From: a virus
DNA length: 64,000 bases
Direction: 5' to 3' (one strand)
IMG/VR virus record: IMGVR_UViG_3300045988_155525
Shown here: one piece after another, positions 1 to 10,053 of the stretch
Layout of the letters: each line of letters begins with the position of its first letter
Position numbering within the stretch: position 1 is the stretch's first letter
The notes under the pieces: generated by a model
What the model saw: only the letters and a program-made list of their open reading frames with translations
Told to the model about the DNA's origin: nothing
Database searches by the model: none
Position numbers and translations under genes: made by a program

Positions 1-57
1 AAATGGTAGTATTGATATATCTAATGAATAATTAACTACGTAAAAACATTAATAAAG

Positions 58-525
58 ATGGCTACTGCAAAAGTAAAGAACCCACGAAAAAGATTTCTGT
101 GGCAAATAGTATTTGTAAAGCACCCTATAAATGCTTATTTATTTCAGAGTGTAACTATTCCTGAGATTACCATAGAACAAGTATCTCATGGTGATATAAA
201 CAGGGATGTAAAAACTGGTGGTAGGATTTCAGTTGGTAATTTAACAGCTACTAAATTGGAAACTACATCTGGTTCCGATACTTGGTTATGGGATTGGTTA
301 ATGTCAGTACAAGATTTATTATTAGGTGGAGGATTAACTCCTTCAGAATATTGGGAAACTGTATTGATAAATGAATTAGCTGAAGATGGGGTATCAATTC
401 TAAACAGTTGGACTTGTACCGAAGTTTGGCCTACTAGAGTAAATGGTCAGGAATTAGATAGGATGAGTTCTGATAATACTATAGAAGAGATAGAGTTCTC
501 CGTAGGTACTTGCGAAAAACTGTAA
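58..525 (+). CDS. Contractile-tail tube protein (T4 gp19-like family), probable
   Basis: 155-aa ORF immediately upstream of the chaperone/frameshift/tape-measure trio. Its size and N-terminal beta pattern (FLWQIVF..LFQSVTIPEITIEQV) resemble myovirus tube proteins, and a strong hairpin terminator follows. Family call by eye only. Confidence 0.5.
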   Translation: MATAKVKNPRKRFLWQIVFVKHPINAYLFQSVTIPEITIEQVSHGDINRDVKTGGRISVGNLTATKLETTSGSDTWLWDWLMSVQDLLLGGGLTPSEYWETVLINELAEDGVSILNSWTCTEVWPTRVNGQELDRMSSDNTIEEIEFSVGTCEKL

Positions 526-537
526 TTATACTATTTC

Positions 538-573
538 AAAAGGGAGAGCTCAATTAAGAACTCTCCCTTTTTT
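538..573 (+). terminator. Rho-independent terminator after tube gene
   Basis: AAAAGGGAGAG (538-548) pairs with CTCTCCCTTTT (561-571) around a 12-nt loop and runs into a T tract. Confidence 0.7.
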
Positions 574-608
574 ACTTTAAAAAATCAACTCAACAAAAGG
601 TTAACATT

Positions 609-1394
609 ATGGACGCTATTTTAGAAGGACACAAATTAGAATTTACTGCTCCCTCTGGTTATAAATATACAATAAGGGAGCAAAATGGTGCAGATGATGA
701 TATATTATCTAACCCAGTGGAAGCTCAGCAATTAATGAATATTTCTAGATTTATTGCTGGTATAGTAGTATCTACTGATTTTATGGGTAAAACAAATGGG
801 CGACTTACCCCAGAAGAAGTTCATAATCTCATGCCTGCTTTGGATAGGTACTGCATATTGATGCAATCTAGGATATTTTCTATTGGGAAAGAATTAGATT
901 TTGAGCATGATTGGGGCAAAAATAATGGGGGAATAGTGAATTATTCTCAGGATTTAGAAGAATTCCTTTTTGATTATTCTAAAATGCCCACTAATGAAGA
1001 ATTGGAAGCTAAGCCTAATGCTATTCCATACTACCCCCAACAAAAAATAACCAAAGATATAACCTTTACAATAGGTTCTGGTAAAGAATTGATGTTTGAT
1101 TTACTTACTGCACAAGGGGAATCTTATGTAGTTAATCTACCATTAGAAAAAGGTACAAAGAACCAAAATCTGGTAGCTAGAAATCTTAGGGTAAAGGTAG
1201 ATGGTAAATGGGAAAAAGTAACCTCTTTTCATATTTTTTCTGTAAAAGATATGATAGAGATAAGGTCTAATGTATTAGGCTTAGACCCTATATTCAATGG
1301 TATAACTACTATTGAAAACCCCAATGTACCAGGTATGAGTGAACAAATAAGTGTAGTAGCTATAAAAGGTTTTTTCTATCCGGGGGAGATTTAG
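609..1394 (+). CDS. Tail assembly chaperone, 0-frame product (G-like)
   Basis: 261-aa ORF directly before the tape measure gene, carrying a canonical slippery heptamer near its 3' end. Confidence 0.6.
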   Translation: MDAILEGHKLEFTAPSGYKYTIREQNGADDDILSNPVEAQQLMNISRFIAGIVVSTDFMGKTNGRLTPEEVHNLMPALDRYCILMQSRIFSIGKELDFEHDWGKNNGGIVNYSQDLEEFLFDYSKMPTNEELEAKPNAIPYYPQQKITKDITFTIGSGKELMFDLLTAQGESYVVNLPLEKGTKNQNLVARNLRVKVDGKWEKVTSFHIFSVKDMIEIRSNVLGLDPIFNGITTIENPNVPGMSEQISVVAIKGFFYPGEI

Positions 1395-1537
1395 AGGATG
1401 ATTTTGTATATCTACAACATGCTGAGATATATATAGATTATATTACTCTAGCTAATTTACCAATTAGGCGCCGACTTAAGTTACTTGAGTCGGCTTCTGA
1501 GTATTATAAAGCTCTAAAATCTAAACTCCCCAAATAA
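609..1537 (+). CDS. Tail assembly chaperone, -1 frameshift fusion product (GT-like)
   Basis: A slip at 1370-1376 joins the 0 frame to a 54-codon extension (LSGGDLEDDFVYLQHAEIY...KSKLPK) that ends 11 nt before the tape measure ATG. Confidence 0.5.
1370..1376 (+). promoter_or_regulatory. -1 programmed ribosomal frameshift slippery site T_TTT_TTC
   Basis: 0-frame codons GGT TTT TTC (1368-1376) give the X_XXY_YYZ heptamer. The -1 frame is open from 1343 to the TAA at 1535-1537. Confidence 0.6.
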
Positions 1538-1548
1538 ATATATAGGTT

Positions 1549-3618
1549 ATGGCAAGTTATACAAGTGGTAGTCCAGGTGCTGGACAATTAGAAATAGGCA
1601 TAGCATTAGTTTTACAAGATAGGTTTTCTAACCAAGCTAGAGAAGCATCTGGTGTAATAAAGAAGTTACATAATGATGCTAAAATGGCAGTGAATGCTAA
1701 TGCTATTGCTTTACAAGGTATTGCAAATGGAGTTAGTAGTTTTGCAATAGGTATGGCTGGTACACTCTCGGATGTTGTAATTGAGGGTGCAGAATTTGTT
1801 GATACCATGACCACTGTATCAGCCATAACTGAAGCTACTGATGCTCAATTAAAGAAGCTAAGTGATACAGCTCAAACATTAGGTTTACAAACTATGTTTG
1901 ACTCAAAGGAAATAGCTTCTGGTATGAAATATCTAGCCATGGCAGGTAACTCTGCCAAGGAGATAGATGATATGATTAAAGGGGCTGCTTTTGTGGCTGG
2001 TGCTACTGGTATGGAACTTGGTGGTAAAGGAGGTACTGCTGACTTAATCACCAATATTATGAGAACCTTTAAAATAGAAGCTTCAGAAGCTGCAGGTGTT
2101 GTAGGAGACCAACTTACAAAAGCAGCCTTATCTTCTAACATATCAATGATGGATTTAGCTGAATCCATTAAATATGCTGCAGCAGATATGGTAACTTTAA
2201 AACAAGAGTTACCACAAGTAGCTGCTATGATTGGTACTTTAGGTAATGCTGGTATACAAGGTTCTATGGCTGGTACTGCATTATCTAATATGGTTAGGTA
2301 TTTAAATAAGTCTATATCTCAACCTTCATTTAAAGGGGGTGAAGCTTTAGCTAGATTAGGTTTATCTAAACAGGATTTTGTTGATGCTAAAGGTGATTTA
2401 TTGGATTTTTCAATAATATTAGAAAAATTACAAAAAGCCACGGCTAATTTAACCTCTACTGAACAAAATGCTGTATTCTTGGATATCTTTGGTGTAAGGG
2501 GTAATAGAGCAGCAGTAGCTCTTATGAGAGACCTGGATGGTTATAGAGAACTTCTAGGTAAAATAGTAAATGATTCTCAAGGTTTTGCTGAAAGTGTAGT
2601 TGAGAAAAGGATGAATACCATAGCTGGTTCTCTGGATATTATGAGGTCTAGTTTGGAAAACCTAAGAACTACATTTACAGAAGCTGTAGAACCATTTCTA
2701 TCACCCATATTTAAAGGTATAGGTATAGTAGTTGGATGGTTAAGGGATATATTGGCTACACCAGTATTAGGTACTTTGATATCATCCGTAATTACTATAG
2801 GTACTGCATTATTAACTGTAGGCTCTGCTTTAACTATCATAAGGACTAAATGGGTATTATTGAAAAATGATTCTCAGATTACTAGTAGAGGAATGTTTTC
2901 AGTACTTATAGGTGGTTGGAATGGAGCTACTTTAAGTGCTAAACGATACCTTGATATGGAGAGAGCAATTATTGCTCAAAGGAAAGCTGGTATATTATCC
3001 AATACAACTGCTAGTGTAATGCAAGCTACTGGTGTACCGATTGGAGGGATAAGGTATAATAAAGCTGGTATACCAATAGATGCTAAAACTGGTAGATTTG
3101 TTAATAGGAAAGTGGCTAGTGATACTATAAGAAATACTAGTGCTAGTACCTTAACTAGAAGTATTATGGGTGGTACCATAGCAGCTACAGCTGGTAGAGG
3201 TTTAGTTAGAAATATTGCTGCTAATGGTCTTGGTAAAGTATTACTTGGTTTTGGTTCTAAATTATTAGGCTTTTTAGGAGGTCCTATTGGAATAGCCATT
3301 ATGGGGGTATCTACTATACTACCAATGATTTTGAGTGGGTTAAGGAAAAATTCTGAATCCTTAGAAGAAAATACTACTTCAGCCTATACCTTAGCTGATA
3401 GATATAAATCAGAATCTGATAAACAGAAAAATGGTAAAGATTTAACACTTACTCAAGAGGTAAGGATGTTATATAATGCTATGATGTATTGGGCTGAACA
3501 ATTACCAAAAATAAAGCCAACTTCTCATGTTACTATAAATGTAGATGGTAAAAAAGGAGTAAGGGAGATAATTACTGAAGATAATGAGGATATAAACCTT
3601 AGTTTAGCTACCAAATAA
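1549..3618 (+). CDS. Tail tape measure protein
   Basis: 689 aa with a helical Ala/Gly-rich N-half carrying a tape-measure core-like motif (GNAGIQGSMAGTALSNMVRYL). The C-half has Gly-rich hydrophobic segments. It sits after the frameshifted chaperone. Confidence 0.85.
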   Translation: MASYTSGSPGAGQLEIGIALVLQDRFSNQAREASGVIKKLHNDAKMAVNANAIALQGIANGVSSFAIGMAGTLSDVVIEGAEFVDTMTTVSAITEATDAQLKKLSDTAQTLGLQTMFDSKEIASGMKYLAMAGNSAKEIDDMIKGAAFVAGATGMELGGKGGTADLITNIMRTFKIEASEAAGVVGDQLTKAALSSNISMMDLAESIKYAAADMVTLKQELPQVAAMIGTLGNAGIQGSMAGTALSNMVRYLNKSISQPSFKGGEALARLGLSKQDFVDAKGDLLDFSIILEKLQKATANLTSTEQNAVFLDIFGVRGNRAAVALMRDLDGYRELLGKIVNDSQGFAESVVEKRMNTIAGSLDIMRSSLENLRTTFTEAVEPFLSPIFKGIGIVVGWLRDILATPVLGTLISSVITIGTALLTVGSALTIIRTKWVLLKNDSQITSRGMFSVLIGGWNGATLSAKRYLDMERAIIAQRKAGILSNTTASVMQATGVPIGGIRYNKAGIPIDAKTGRFVNRKVASDTIRNTSASTLTRSIMGGTIAATAGRGLVRNIAANGLGKVLLGFGSKLLGFLGGPIGIAIMGVSTILPMILSGLRKNSESLEENTTSAYTLADRYKSESDKQKNGKDLTLTQEVRMLYNAMMYWAEQLPKIKPTSHVTINVDGKKGVREIITEDNEDINLSLATK

Positions 3619-3628
3619 TTAACTAATC

Positions 3629-4555
3629 ATGGCAAGTATCATAGGTAAAGGCATAGGGTCCATAACTAATAAATTAGTGGATTTAGAGTCGGGGAGGGTA
3701 TTTACCTCCCCTCTAAATAAACTTTGGAGGACTAAGATTTTATTAAATAGGGCTACTTCTCCGATGCCCAAGGATAATTCTATTTCAACGTCTGGTGATT
3801 TTATAAACCATCATTATGCTAGAGAAAATTCTTTATCTATAGCTGAATCTTCAAACAAATGGTCTTCTAGTAGGAGGGTAGCTATGTCTACTGGTAAGAG
3901 CCCAATTATATCTACTGATTACACAAAAATCAACCATTCAAATTCTCAAGAAATAAATAATCAGATTATAATTATAAATAAGAATGTATCCCCCCCTATA
4001 TCTATTGTAATACAGAATAGACCAAATGAATTATCAGTAAACCCACAATCATATTGGGTAAGTGTTAAATCGATGGGTAGAAATAACCCATTCATGATGT
4101 ATACTGGGGGTGAGGATACAATATCTTTTGATATTTCTTGGTATGTAAGTGACCCTAATAACCGAGAAGAGGTAATTGCAAAATGTAAATTATTAGAGTC
4201 TTGGACTAAAGCCAATGGTTATTTATATGCACCACCAACTTTAAATATTCTTTGGGGTACTTCTGGTTTATTTGATAACGATTTATTTATATTAGAGTCA
4301 GCCCCTTATACACTAACACATTTTCAAAATGCTGTTAAAACATCTCCTTATAAACACACCCAATATGGTCAAAGGGTGTCGGATGCAGATTATAGTGTTA
4401 CTGATTTAAAACTATTACCTAATTTTGCTACTCAAAGTTTAACCTTTAAAAGGGTAAGTTCTAGTAATAGGACTCATTTAGATATTATACCAGAAGAATT
4501 ATTAAAGAAAACCAAAGGTATCAGTTTTCAAACTGATACTGGTAATAATATTTAA
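3629..4555 (+). CDS. Tail/baseplate-proximal protein, function unassigned
   Basis: 308-aa ORF between the tape measure and the LysM protein, tightly spaced in the tail module. No family recognised with confidence. Confidence 0.6.
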   Translation: MASIIGKGIGSITNKLVDLESGRVFTSPLNKLWRTKILLNRATSPMPKDNSISTSGDFINHHYARENSLSIAESSNKWSSSRRVAMSTGKSPIISTDYTKINHSNSQEINNQIIIINKNVSPPISIVIQNRPNELSVNPQSYWVSVKSMGRNNPFMMYTGGEDTISFDISWYVSDPNNREEVIAKCKLLESWTKANGYLYAPPTLNILWGTSGLFDNDLFILESAPYTLTHFQNAVKTSPYKHTQYGQRVSDADYSVTDLKLLPNFATQSLTFKRVSSSNRTHLDIIPEELLKKTKGISFQTDTGNNI

Positions 4556-4558
4556 ATC

Positions 4559-4822
4559 ATGGCTTCAAATAATATAAGTCCATATAGTAATGCTCGAGTT
4601 ATCAAATATGATAATGGAGACATTACTTTAGAAAGAATTCCATATGATATAACTTTAGGCCCAGATACTAGAGTACATACAGTATTAGAAGGGGAAACAA
4701 TTCAAAACATAGCCTATAAATACTATGGTGATTCTGGTTTATGGGGTAAGATAGCTGATGCAAATTCTATATATAATCCATTCACTGAATTAGAAGCAGG
4801 GATGGAAATTATAATTCCTTGA
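4559..4822 (+). CDS. LysM-domain tail protein (P2 gpX-like)
   Basis: 87 aa. HTVLEGETIQNIAYKYYGDSGLWGKIADANSIYNPFTELEAGMEIIIP matches the LysM pattern, and the position between tape measure and baseplate hub fits. Confidence 0.65.
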   Translation: MASNNISPYSNARVIKYDNGDITLERIPYDITLGPDTRVHTVLEGETIQNIAYKYYGDSGLWGKIADANSIYNPFTELEAGMEIIIP

Positions 4823-4825
4823 TAT

Positions 4826-5398
4826 ATGGCTTCAGAAATACAACAAGATAGTAAACCAATATTACAGGATGGTACGGGTACTCCCTATTTGGCCATATTT
4901 GATGGTAGTGGTAATGCTATTATTGACCCATTGAGTAATTTACCCATTGGAGTTTTTTGTACTGATTTCGAATATTCTTATGATGAAGATAAAGAGGATA
5001 CTGGGTATATTATATTAGAAACTAATAACCCAGATTTAATCTCAATCCCACAACTAAGGTATCAGATGCCCATTAAATTACAGTGGGGATGGATATATCC
5101 TTCAGAAAAACCTAAATGTGGTCAAGTAAGAACGGTAATAATAATAGGTCATGAGGTAGAATTTCAACAAGAAGGTACTCATATTACTATAAACTTTGCT
5201 GATTCTTCAATTTTATTGAAGAATACTCCATCATCTTATTACCCTCAATCAGATGGGTTTTTTGATTATGTAAAAAACTTGTTAAATGGTAGTCCAGTTG
5301 GTGTGCAATTAGTAGATTATAATCCTTCTGCTACTGTTGCTGAAAAGGTTATTGCAAAAAGAGTGATAAAAAGTGAGGATTTGCAAAGATTAAAATAA
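4826..5398 (+). CDS. Hypothetical baseplate-module protein
   Basis: 190-aa ORF, 3-nt spacing from neighbours in the baseplate block. Confidence 0.6.
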   Translation: MASEIQQDSKPILQDGTGTPYLAIFDGSGNAIIDPLSNLPIGVFCTDFEYSYDEDKEDTGYIILETNNPDLISIPQLRYQMPIKLQWGWIYPSEKPKCGQVRTVIIIGHEVEFQQEGTHITINFADSSILLKNTPSSYYPQSDGFFDYVKNLLNGSPVGVQLVDYNPSATVAEKVIAKRVIKSEDLQRLK

Positions 5399-5405
5399 TT
5401 TTGTT

Positions 5406-7178
5406 ATGTCATCTCCAAAAATAGATGTAGAAGCTCTAAGGAGTAGTAATTTTAACCCCTATGAGGTACTTCAAGAGCCAGATAAAAATGACCCAGATTG
5501 TGTGGGTATAAAAATTCTAGAATATACCCCTGAGAATCAAGAGTTAACTGAAAGGTTCCCAAATGATTTTAAAGAGATTATACATAAGCATGATAGAGCC
5601 ACTAATATAATAATAAGTGGTTGTTCTAAGAATTTACGTGGGCAATTAGAACAAATAGCCAGGAATATACCTGGTGGTCCATGGAGTCTAGATGGTAGAG
5701 ATGGTACATTAAATATCCATAATCAGAAAAAATTAAGACCTATTACTAAAGTATATACTTATGCTGGTGGTAATGGTGAATTACTAAGGTTTCAAGTAAA
5801 ATCTAAATTTGTAAAGTCTTCTGTTGAAATATCTAAAGCAGCTGATATAGACCCAGATACTAAAGATTTAGATGTAACCACCGCTCAAACTTTAGTAGAT
5901 ATAAATGGTGATAATGTAGATGGATTTATACATTGGTCAGGTAGACAATGGTTAGATACAAGCCCTGACTTTGGCAATAATCCAGACCCCAATGCAGGGG
6001 ACCCAAGGACCAGGTTATCTAATAGACCTTTGTATGATGAGTATGCTATCTGGGACCCACAGGTATTAGAGAATACTAGAAAAAGGCAAGAAGTATCTAG
6101 GCAAGAGATACAAAGAGCTAAAGAAGAATATGATAGTTTACCTGAATTTTCTAGTATATCAGATGCTCAAAAAGCTATATCAGCAGACCCACAATTAACT
6201 TCAGAAGAAGTTAATGCTTTTATGGAACAACTGAGGGGTAGGTTCGAATCTTTAAAAGACCCACAAACTTATTCCACTCTAGATAAGGCTATTCATGATA
6301 CCAATGTATTGGGTAACTTTACTATAGAACGTAAAATTAAATTAAGAGAAACTATAGACCCTACTAGATATGACCCTAACCCACCTAATTCTTTAAGTAA
6401 TGCTGGTATGGGTAGAGCTTATATACACCCAAGTCAAGTATATGCTGAAAGACAAAGTTCTTGGGATAGGGGTTACAACCATTTAAAAAAGCAAGGTAAT
6501 ATAGAAATTATATCCAGAAATCAATCTGGATTAAAAACTGATTATGGTACACCAATAGGTTGTTATGATACCATCACCATAGTTAGGGAAGCTACAGTTA
6601 CTGTACCAATAAATGGTGCCAGAGTTTTAAGTTCTGATGTGACACCTAATTCTGGAGTTTCTATGGGTAATGATATAGAAGAAGTGGTTAAAAATCAGGT
6701 TACTGCTACTGCTTTGGTTGTAGGGGACCCAAGTATAGAATCATCTATGAATATACAAATACAAAATGTATCTTCTAAGTATTCAGGTTCTTGGTATACT
6801 AAAAAGGTAACCCATAAATTCAATAGTGGTAGTGGATATACTTGTGATATAGAATTTATACAAAGAGATATTCCAGTATCTAAGAATGTAATAAAGGCAA
6901 ATTTAGTGGTTCAAAAGGCTATGGCAGATATTAATGGTATAGCTAAAGAGTCATTAAAAACTGGTGCTTATGATAGAATACCAGTATTACAGAATACTCT
7001 TTTGGAATATAAAGAAAAGTTCCCTGGTTATTCATTTTTAGCCATAGAAGAAGGTCCAGGTACATATGCTATATATAAAGCAGATAAGGACTTTAATGTA
7101 GACTATATTGAACAAGGAGGTAAAATTGATTATTCCAATATAGTTAGAGTAGATACAGTTACTTTTGAGAAAAATTAA
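5406..7178 (+). CDS. Baseplate hub / late control gene D-like tail protein
   Basis: 590 aa. The C-terminal segment YSGSWYTKKVTHKFNSGSGYTCDIEF resembles the conserved gpD/Mu gp44 C-terminus. It lies upstream of the V-type spike. Confidence 0.5.
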   Translation: MSSPKIDVEALRSSNFNPYEVLQEPDKNDPDCVGIKILEYTPENQELTERFPNDFKEIIHKHDRATNIIISGCSKNLRGQLEQIARNIPGGPWSLDGRDGTLNIHNQKKLRPITKVYTYAGGNGELLRFQVKSKFVKSSVEISKAADIDPDTKDLDVTTAQTLVDINGDNVDGFIHWSGRQWLDTSPDFGNNPDPNAGDPRTRLSNRPLYDEYAIWDPQVLENTRKRQEVSRQEIQRAKEEYDSLPEFSSISDAQKAISADPQLTSEEVNAFMEQLRGRFESLKDPQTYSTLDKAIHDTNVLGNFTIERKIKLRETIDPTRYDPNPPNSLSNAGMGRAYIHPSQVYAERQSSWDRGYNHLKKQGNIEIISRNQSGLKTDYGTPIGCYDTITIVREATVTVPINGARVLSSDVTPNSGVSMGNDIEEVVKNQVTATALVVGDPSIESSMNIQIQNVSSKYSGSWYTKKVTHKFNSGSGYTCDIEFIQRDIPVSKNVIKANLVVQKAMADINGIAKESLKTGAYDRIPVLQNTLLEYKEKFPGYSFLAIEEGPGTYAIYKADKDFNVDYIEQGGKIDYSNIVRVDTVTFEKN

Positions 7179-7182
7179 TACC

Positions 7183-7857
7183 ATGACAGTAGGTGAATTA
7201 ATTCAAAAATATGGTATAGAATACATCGGTAGATTTTATTCAATATATCGTGGAGTAGTATTGGATAATCAGGATTCTGATAATATTGGTAAATTACTTA
7301 TTATAATACCTTCTATACATGATGGTGTTAAAGTATGGGCAAGACCATATAATAATCCAGGTAGTATAAATTCAGGGGTAAAGTGGTTAATCCCTAGAGT
7401 TGGAGATATAGTTTGGGTACAATTTGAAATGGGTGACCCAATGAGACCAATATGGTCTTATCATAGTTGGGGAATAGGAGAGGTACCAGAAGAATTACAA
7501 AGTAATGATACAGTTGGTTTAGTGACTCCAACTGGTAATAAGATTTATATAAGTGAAGTGGATGGTTCCTTAACCATTATATTAAATCAAAAAGTAACCA
7601 TACAAGTAATTGATGGTAGTTCGATAACTATTGATGGTAGTTCGATAACTATTGATGGTGGAGATAAATTGACCATCAATTCTAGTGATACAATTTTAAA
7701 TGGGGGTAGTAATGGAGGGTTGGTTAATGTGGATTCTCTAAGAAATTTAGTCACCTCCATACAAACTGATTTGGCTACTGTTGGTTCCGGTACTCAGGTA
7801 ACAGCTTGGATGGTAGATGGGATGGTTAATATTGAAGATACTAAAGTAAAACATTAA
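7183..7857 (+). CDS. Baseplate spike, gpV / gp5 OB-fold family
   Basis: YRGVVLDNQDSDNIGKLLIIIPS...PRVGDIVWVQFEMGDPMRPIW fits the gpV/VgrG OB-fold motif, and the C-terminal IDGSSIT repeats are beta-helix-like. ATG 7183 is preferred over the track start 7165, which overlaps the preceding gene. Confidence 0.7.
   Translation: MTVGELIQKYGIEYIGRFYSIYRGVVLDNQDSDNIGKLLIIIPSIHDGVKVWARPYNNPGSINSGVKWLIPRVGDIVWVQFEMGDPMRPIWSYHSWGIGEVPEELQSNDTVGLVTPTGNKIYISEVDGSLTIILNQKVTIQVIDGSSITIDGSSITIDGGDKLTINSSDTILNGGSNGGLVNVDSLRNLVTSIQTDLATVGSGTQVTAWMVDGMVNIEDTKVKH
7609..7650 (+). repeat. Perfect 21-bp tandem duplication (IDGSSIT x2, partial third copy) inside spike gene
   Basis: ATTGATGGTAGTTCGATAACT occurs at 7609-7629 and again at 7630-7650, followed by ATTGATGGTGGA. 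Confidence 0.95.
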
Positions 7858-7868
7858 AAAATATAGCC

Positions 7869-8342
7869 ATGAACTTAAAACAACTCAACTCAATTGGTTC
7901 TGGTGCATATTTTCCCATAGAATTAACTACTATAATGGGGGAAGATGGTAAACCAGAGAAAGTAACATTACCAGATGGTACTCAAGTAAATAAAGTCTCA
8001 TGGAGAGTAATATCTGGGGATGTAAGGTTAATAAATCAGAATATAAAAGCCATCTTAACCTTTCAACTAGGTCAAAGATTTAGACAAGAAAACTTTGGTT
8101 CTAGAACTTGGGAATGTATAGAAGAACCCAACACCCAAGCTTTATCGTTCCTAGTAAGGGATTTTATAAAGGATGGTATATCAGCTTGGGAACCAAGAGT
8201 AAAGGCTATAGATGTACAAACAACCAGAGATAACGAAAAGATACATATATATTTAAGATATATGGTAAACAACTCTCAATCAGTGGAAGAACTTAATTTT
8301 GAATATAACCCTTTAAATAACACTACTACTTATGGCAACTAA
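7869..8342 (+). CDS. Baseplate wedge protein, GPW/gp25 family
   Basis: 157 aa. FQLGQRFRQENFGSRTWECIEEPNTQALSFLVRDFIKDGISAWEPRV fits the gp25-like pattern. It is positioned between V and J. Confidence 0.7.
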   Translation: MNLKQLNSIGSGAYFPIELTTIMGEDGKPEKVTLPDGTQVNKVSWRVISGDVRLINQNIKAILTFQLGQRFRQENFGSRTWECIEEPNTQALSFLVRDFIKDGISAWEPRVKAIDVQTTRDNEKIHIYLRYMVNNSQSVEELNFEYNPLNNTTTYGN

Positions 8343-10053
8343 TAATCCTTGGTTAACACCATATCAAAGGTCTTATAATGATATTAAGGCTAAACTGATT
8401 AGTGAATTAAGAAATAGAGTACCAGAAATAACTGATTTTAGTGAAGGTAATATATTTATATTAATAATTTCTATTTTTGCTGCTATAGCAGAAGTTATCC
8501 ATTACTATATTGATAATATGGCAAGGGAAACTTTTTTCCCTACTGCTAGGAGATATTCTTCTCTATATAAGCATAGTAAATTGGTAGATTACCATATAAA
8601 GAGTGCTATCCCAGCTTCAGTGGATTTGACTTTATATAAGAGTAATAATAAACCCACTTCTACTGATATAACCATACCAGTAAATACAGTATTCAATTCC
8701 ATTGATGGTAAACAATGGTTAGTATCCAAAACAGTACTTTGGGAAAAAGGTACTTATTCTATAAAAGTACCAGTAGTACAAAAAGAGAAAGTAGGTGACC
8801 CCAATAGGATTCAATTAGGGAATATTACTTCTAATAACCCTATTATATATTTAGGCGATTTACCAGCTGATAAAAAATACATGGAAGGTTCAATGGTTTT
8901 ATATATAGATAATGAACCTTGGATTTTAGTGGACACCTTTGCATATTCCTCTTCAATTGATAAAACTTATAAAGTGGAGTTAGACCAAAATTTAAAACCT
9001 TATATAATTTTTGGGGATGGTTCTTTTGGTATGAAACCCAATTTAAACGGTAAAGTAGAGGGAGTATATTATTTGACTTATGGTTCTTTGGGCAATATAG
9101 AAGAAAATTCTTTTAATACTGTACCAAGTAGCATATTGGATATAGAGTCAGATATTAAAGTGATAAATACTAATCCTGCATCTGGAGGTTCTGATTACGA
9201 AGATTTTGATATGTTGAAGCACCATGTACCCCTTTCTATAAAAACTTTGGGAGTAGCTATAACTAAGGAGGATTTTGAGGCTATAACTAAGATGGCTCCC
9301 GGAGTAGATAAAGCCTACGTAAATTATATATGTGGGAAATATGTTGATATATACATTACACCAGATGGTGGTGGAGAAGCTTCTTTGGCTTTAAGAGAGA
9401 GTACTTTAGATTATGTATCCAAGTCAAAAATTATAACTACAAATCTATCTGTATCATCAACACATAGAGCATTGATATATATTGATGCTGATATATATGG
9501 TAGAAGGTCATTTACAAAAACTGATATAAGTGACCAGGTAAAGAAAGCTTTAATAGAAGCCTATAGTTATAATACTTCAGATATAAATAAAGTAGTTAGG
9601 CTATCTGATATATATGCTTTAATTGATAATCAAAGCATGGTGGATTATTTAAATCTGAATAAATTGTATTTATTAGGGTACCCAACTCCTATAGATAATC
9701 CAAATACTTCACCAGAATTAAATATTAGTAGTTTTGTTCAGAATTACTTTAATGGTGTGGGGGGTTCCATTAGTGAAACCATGGTTATTACTATATTAGA
9801 GAATGGTTACAAGATAACTGATACCAGTCAAAAAACCCACAATGGTCAATTTGGTCAGAATCTAACAGTAAACAATGACAATGTGGGATTTACAATTACT
9901 ATTGGGGATAGTACTAGTGGTTTAAGGTACAATGTAGGGGATAGGTATAACCTATTTATCCAGAAGATGAACATGGATTTGGTACCTATGAATTATAATA
10001 TCCCAATATTTAAATCAGAAACCATAAACCTTACTATTCATGAAGTCGTTTAA
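8332..10053 (+). CDS. Baseplate J-like protein (gp6/gpJ family)
   Basis: 573 aa directly after the gp25-like gene with an 11-nt overlap. Size and order V-W-J are typical. Family call by synteny plus general pattern. Confidence 0.65.
   Translation: MATNNPWLTPYQRSYNDIKAKLISELRNRVPEITDFSEGNIFILIISIFAAIAEVIHYYIDNMARETFFPTARRYSSLYKHSKLVDYHIKSAIPASVDLTLYKSNNKPTSTDITIPVNTVFNSIDGKQWLVSKTVLWEKGTYSIKVPVVQKEKVGDPNRIQLGNITSNNPIIYLGDLPADKKYMEGSMVLYIDNEPWILVDTFAYSSSIDKTYKVELDQNLKPYIIFGDGSFGMKPNLNGKVEGVYYLTYGSLGNIEENSFNTVPSSILDIESDIKVINTNPASGGSDYEDFDMLKHHVPLSIKTLGVAITKEDFEAITKMAPGVDKAYVNYICGKYVDIYITPDGGGEASLALRESTLDYVSKSKIITTNLSVSSTHRALIYIDADIYGRRSFTKTDISDQVKKALIEAYSYNTSDINKVVRLSDIYALIDNQSMVDYLNLNKLYLLGYPTPIDNPNTSPELNISSFVQNYFNGVGGSISETMVITILENGYKITDTSQKTHNGQFGQNLTVNNDNVGFTITIGDSTSGLRYNVGDRYNLFIQKMNMDLVPMNYNIPIFKSETINLTIHEVV

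Noticed and set aside
1557-4215. Minus-strand ORFs of 84-107 aa (1557-1826, 1872-2168, 2577-2840, 2976-3299, 3961-4215) inside the tape measure and the next gene
   Set aside because: They lie entirely antisense to long, motif-supported + strand genes. Their translations are low-complexity hydrophobic mirror images of the Ala/Gly-rich tape measure, and no promoter or terminator signals accompany them.
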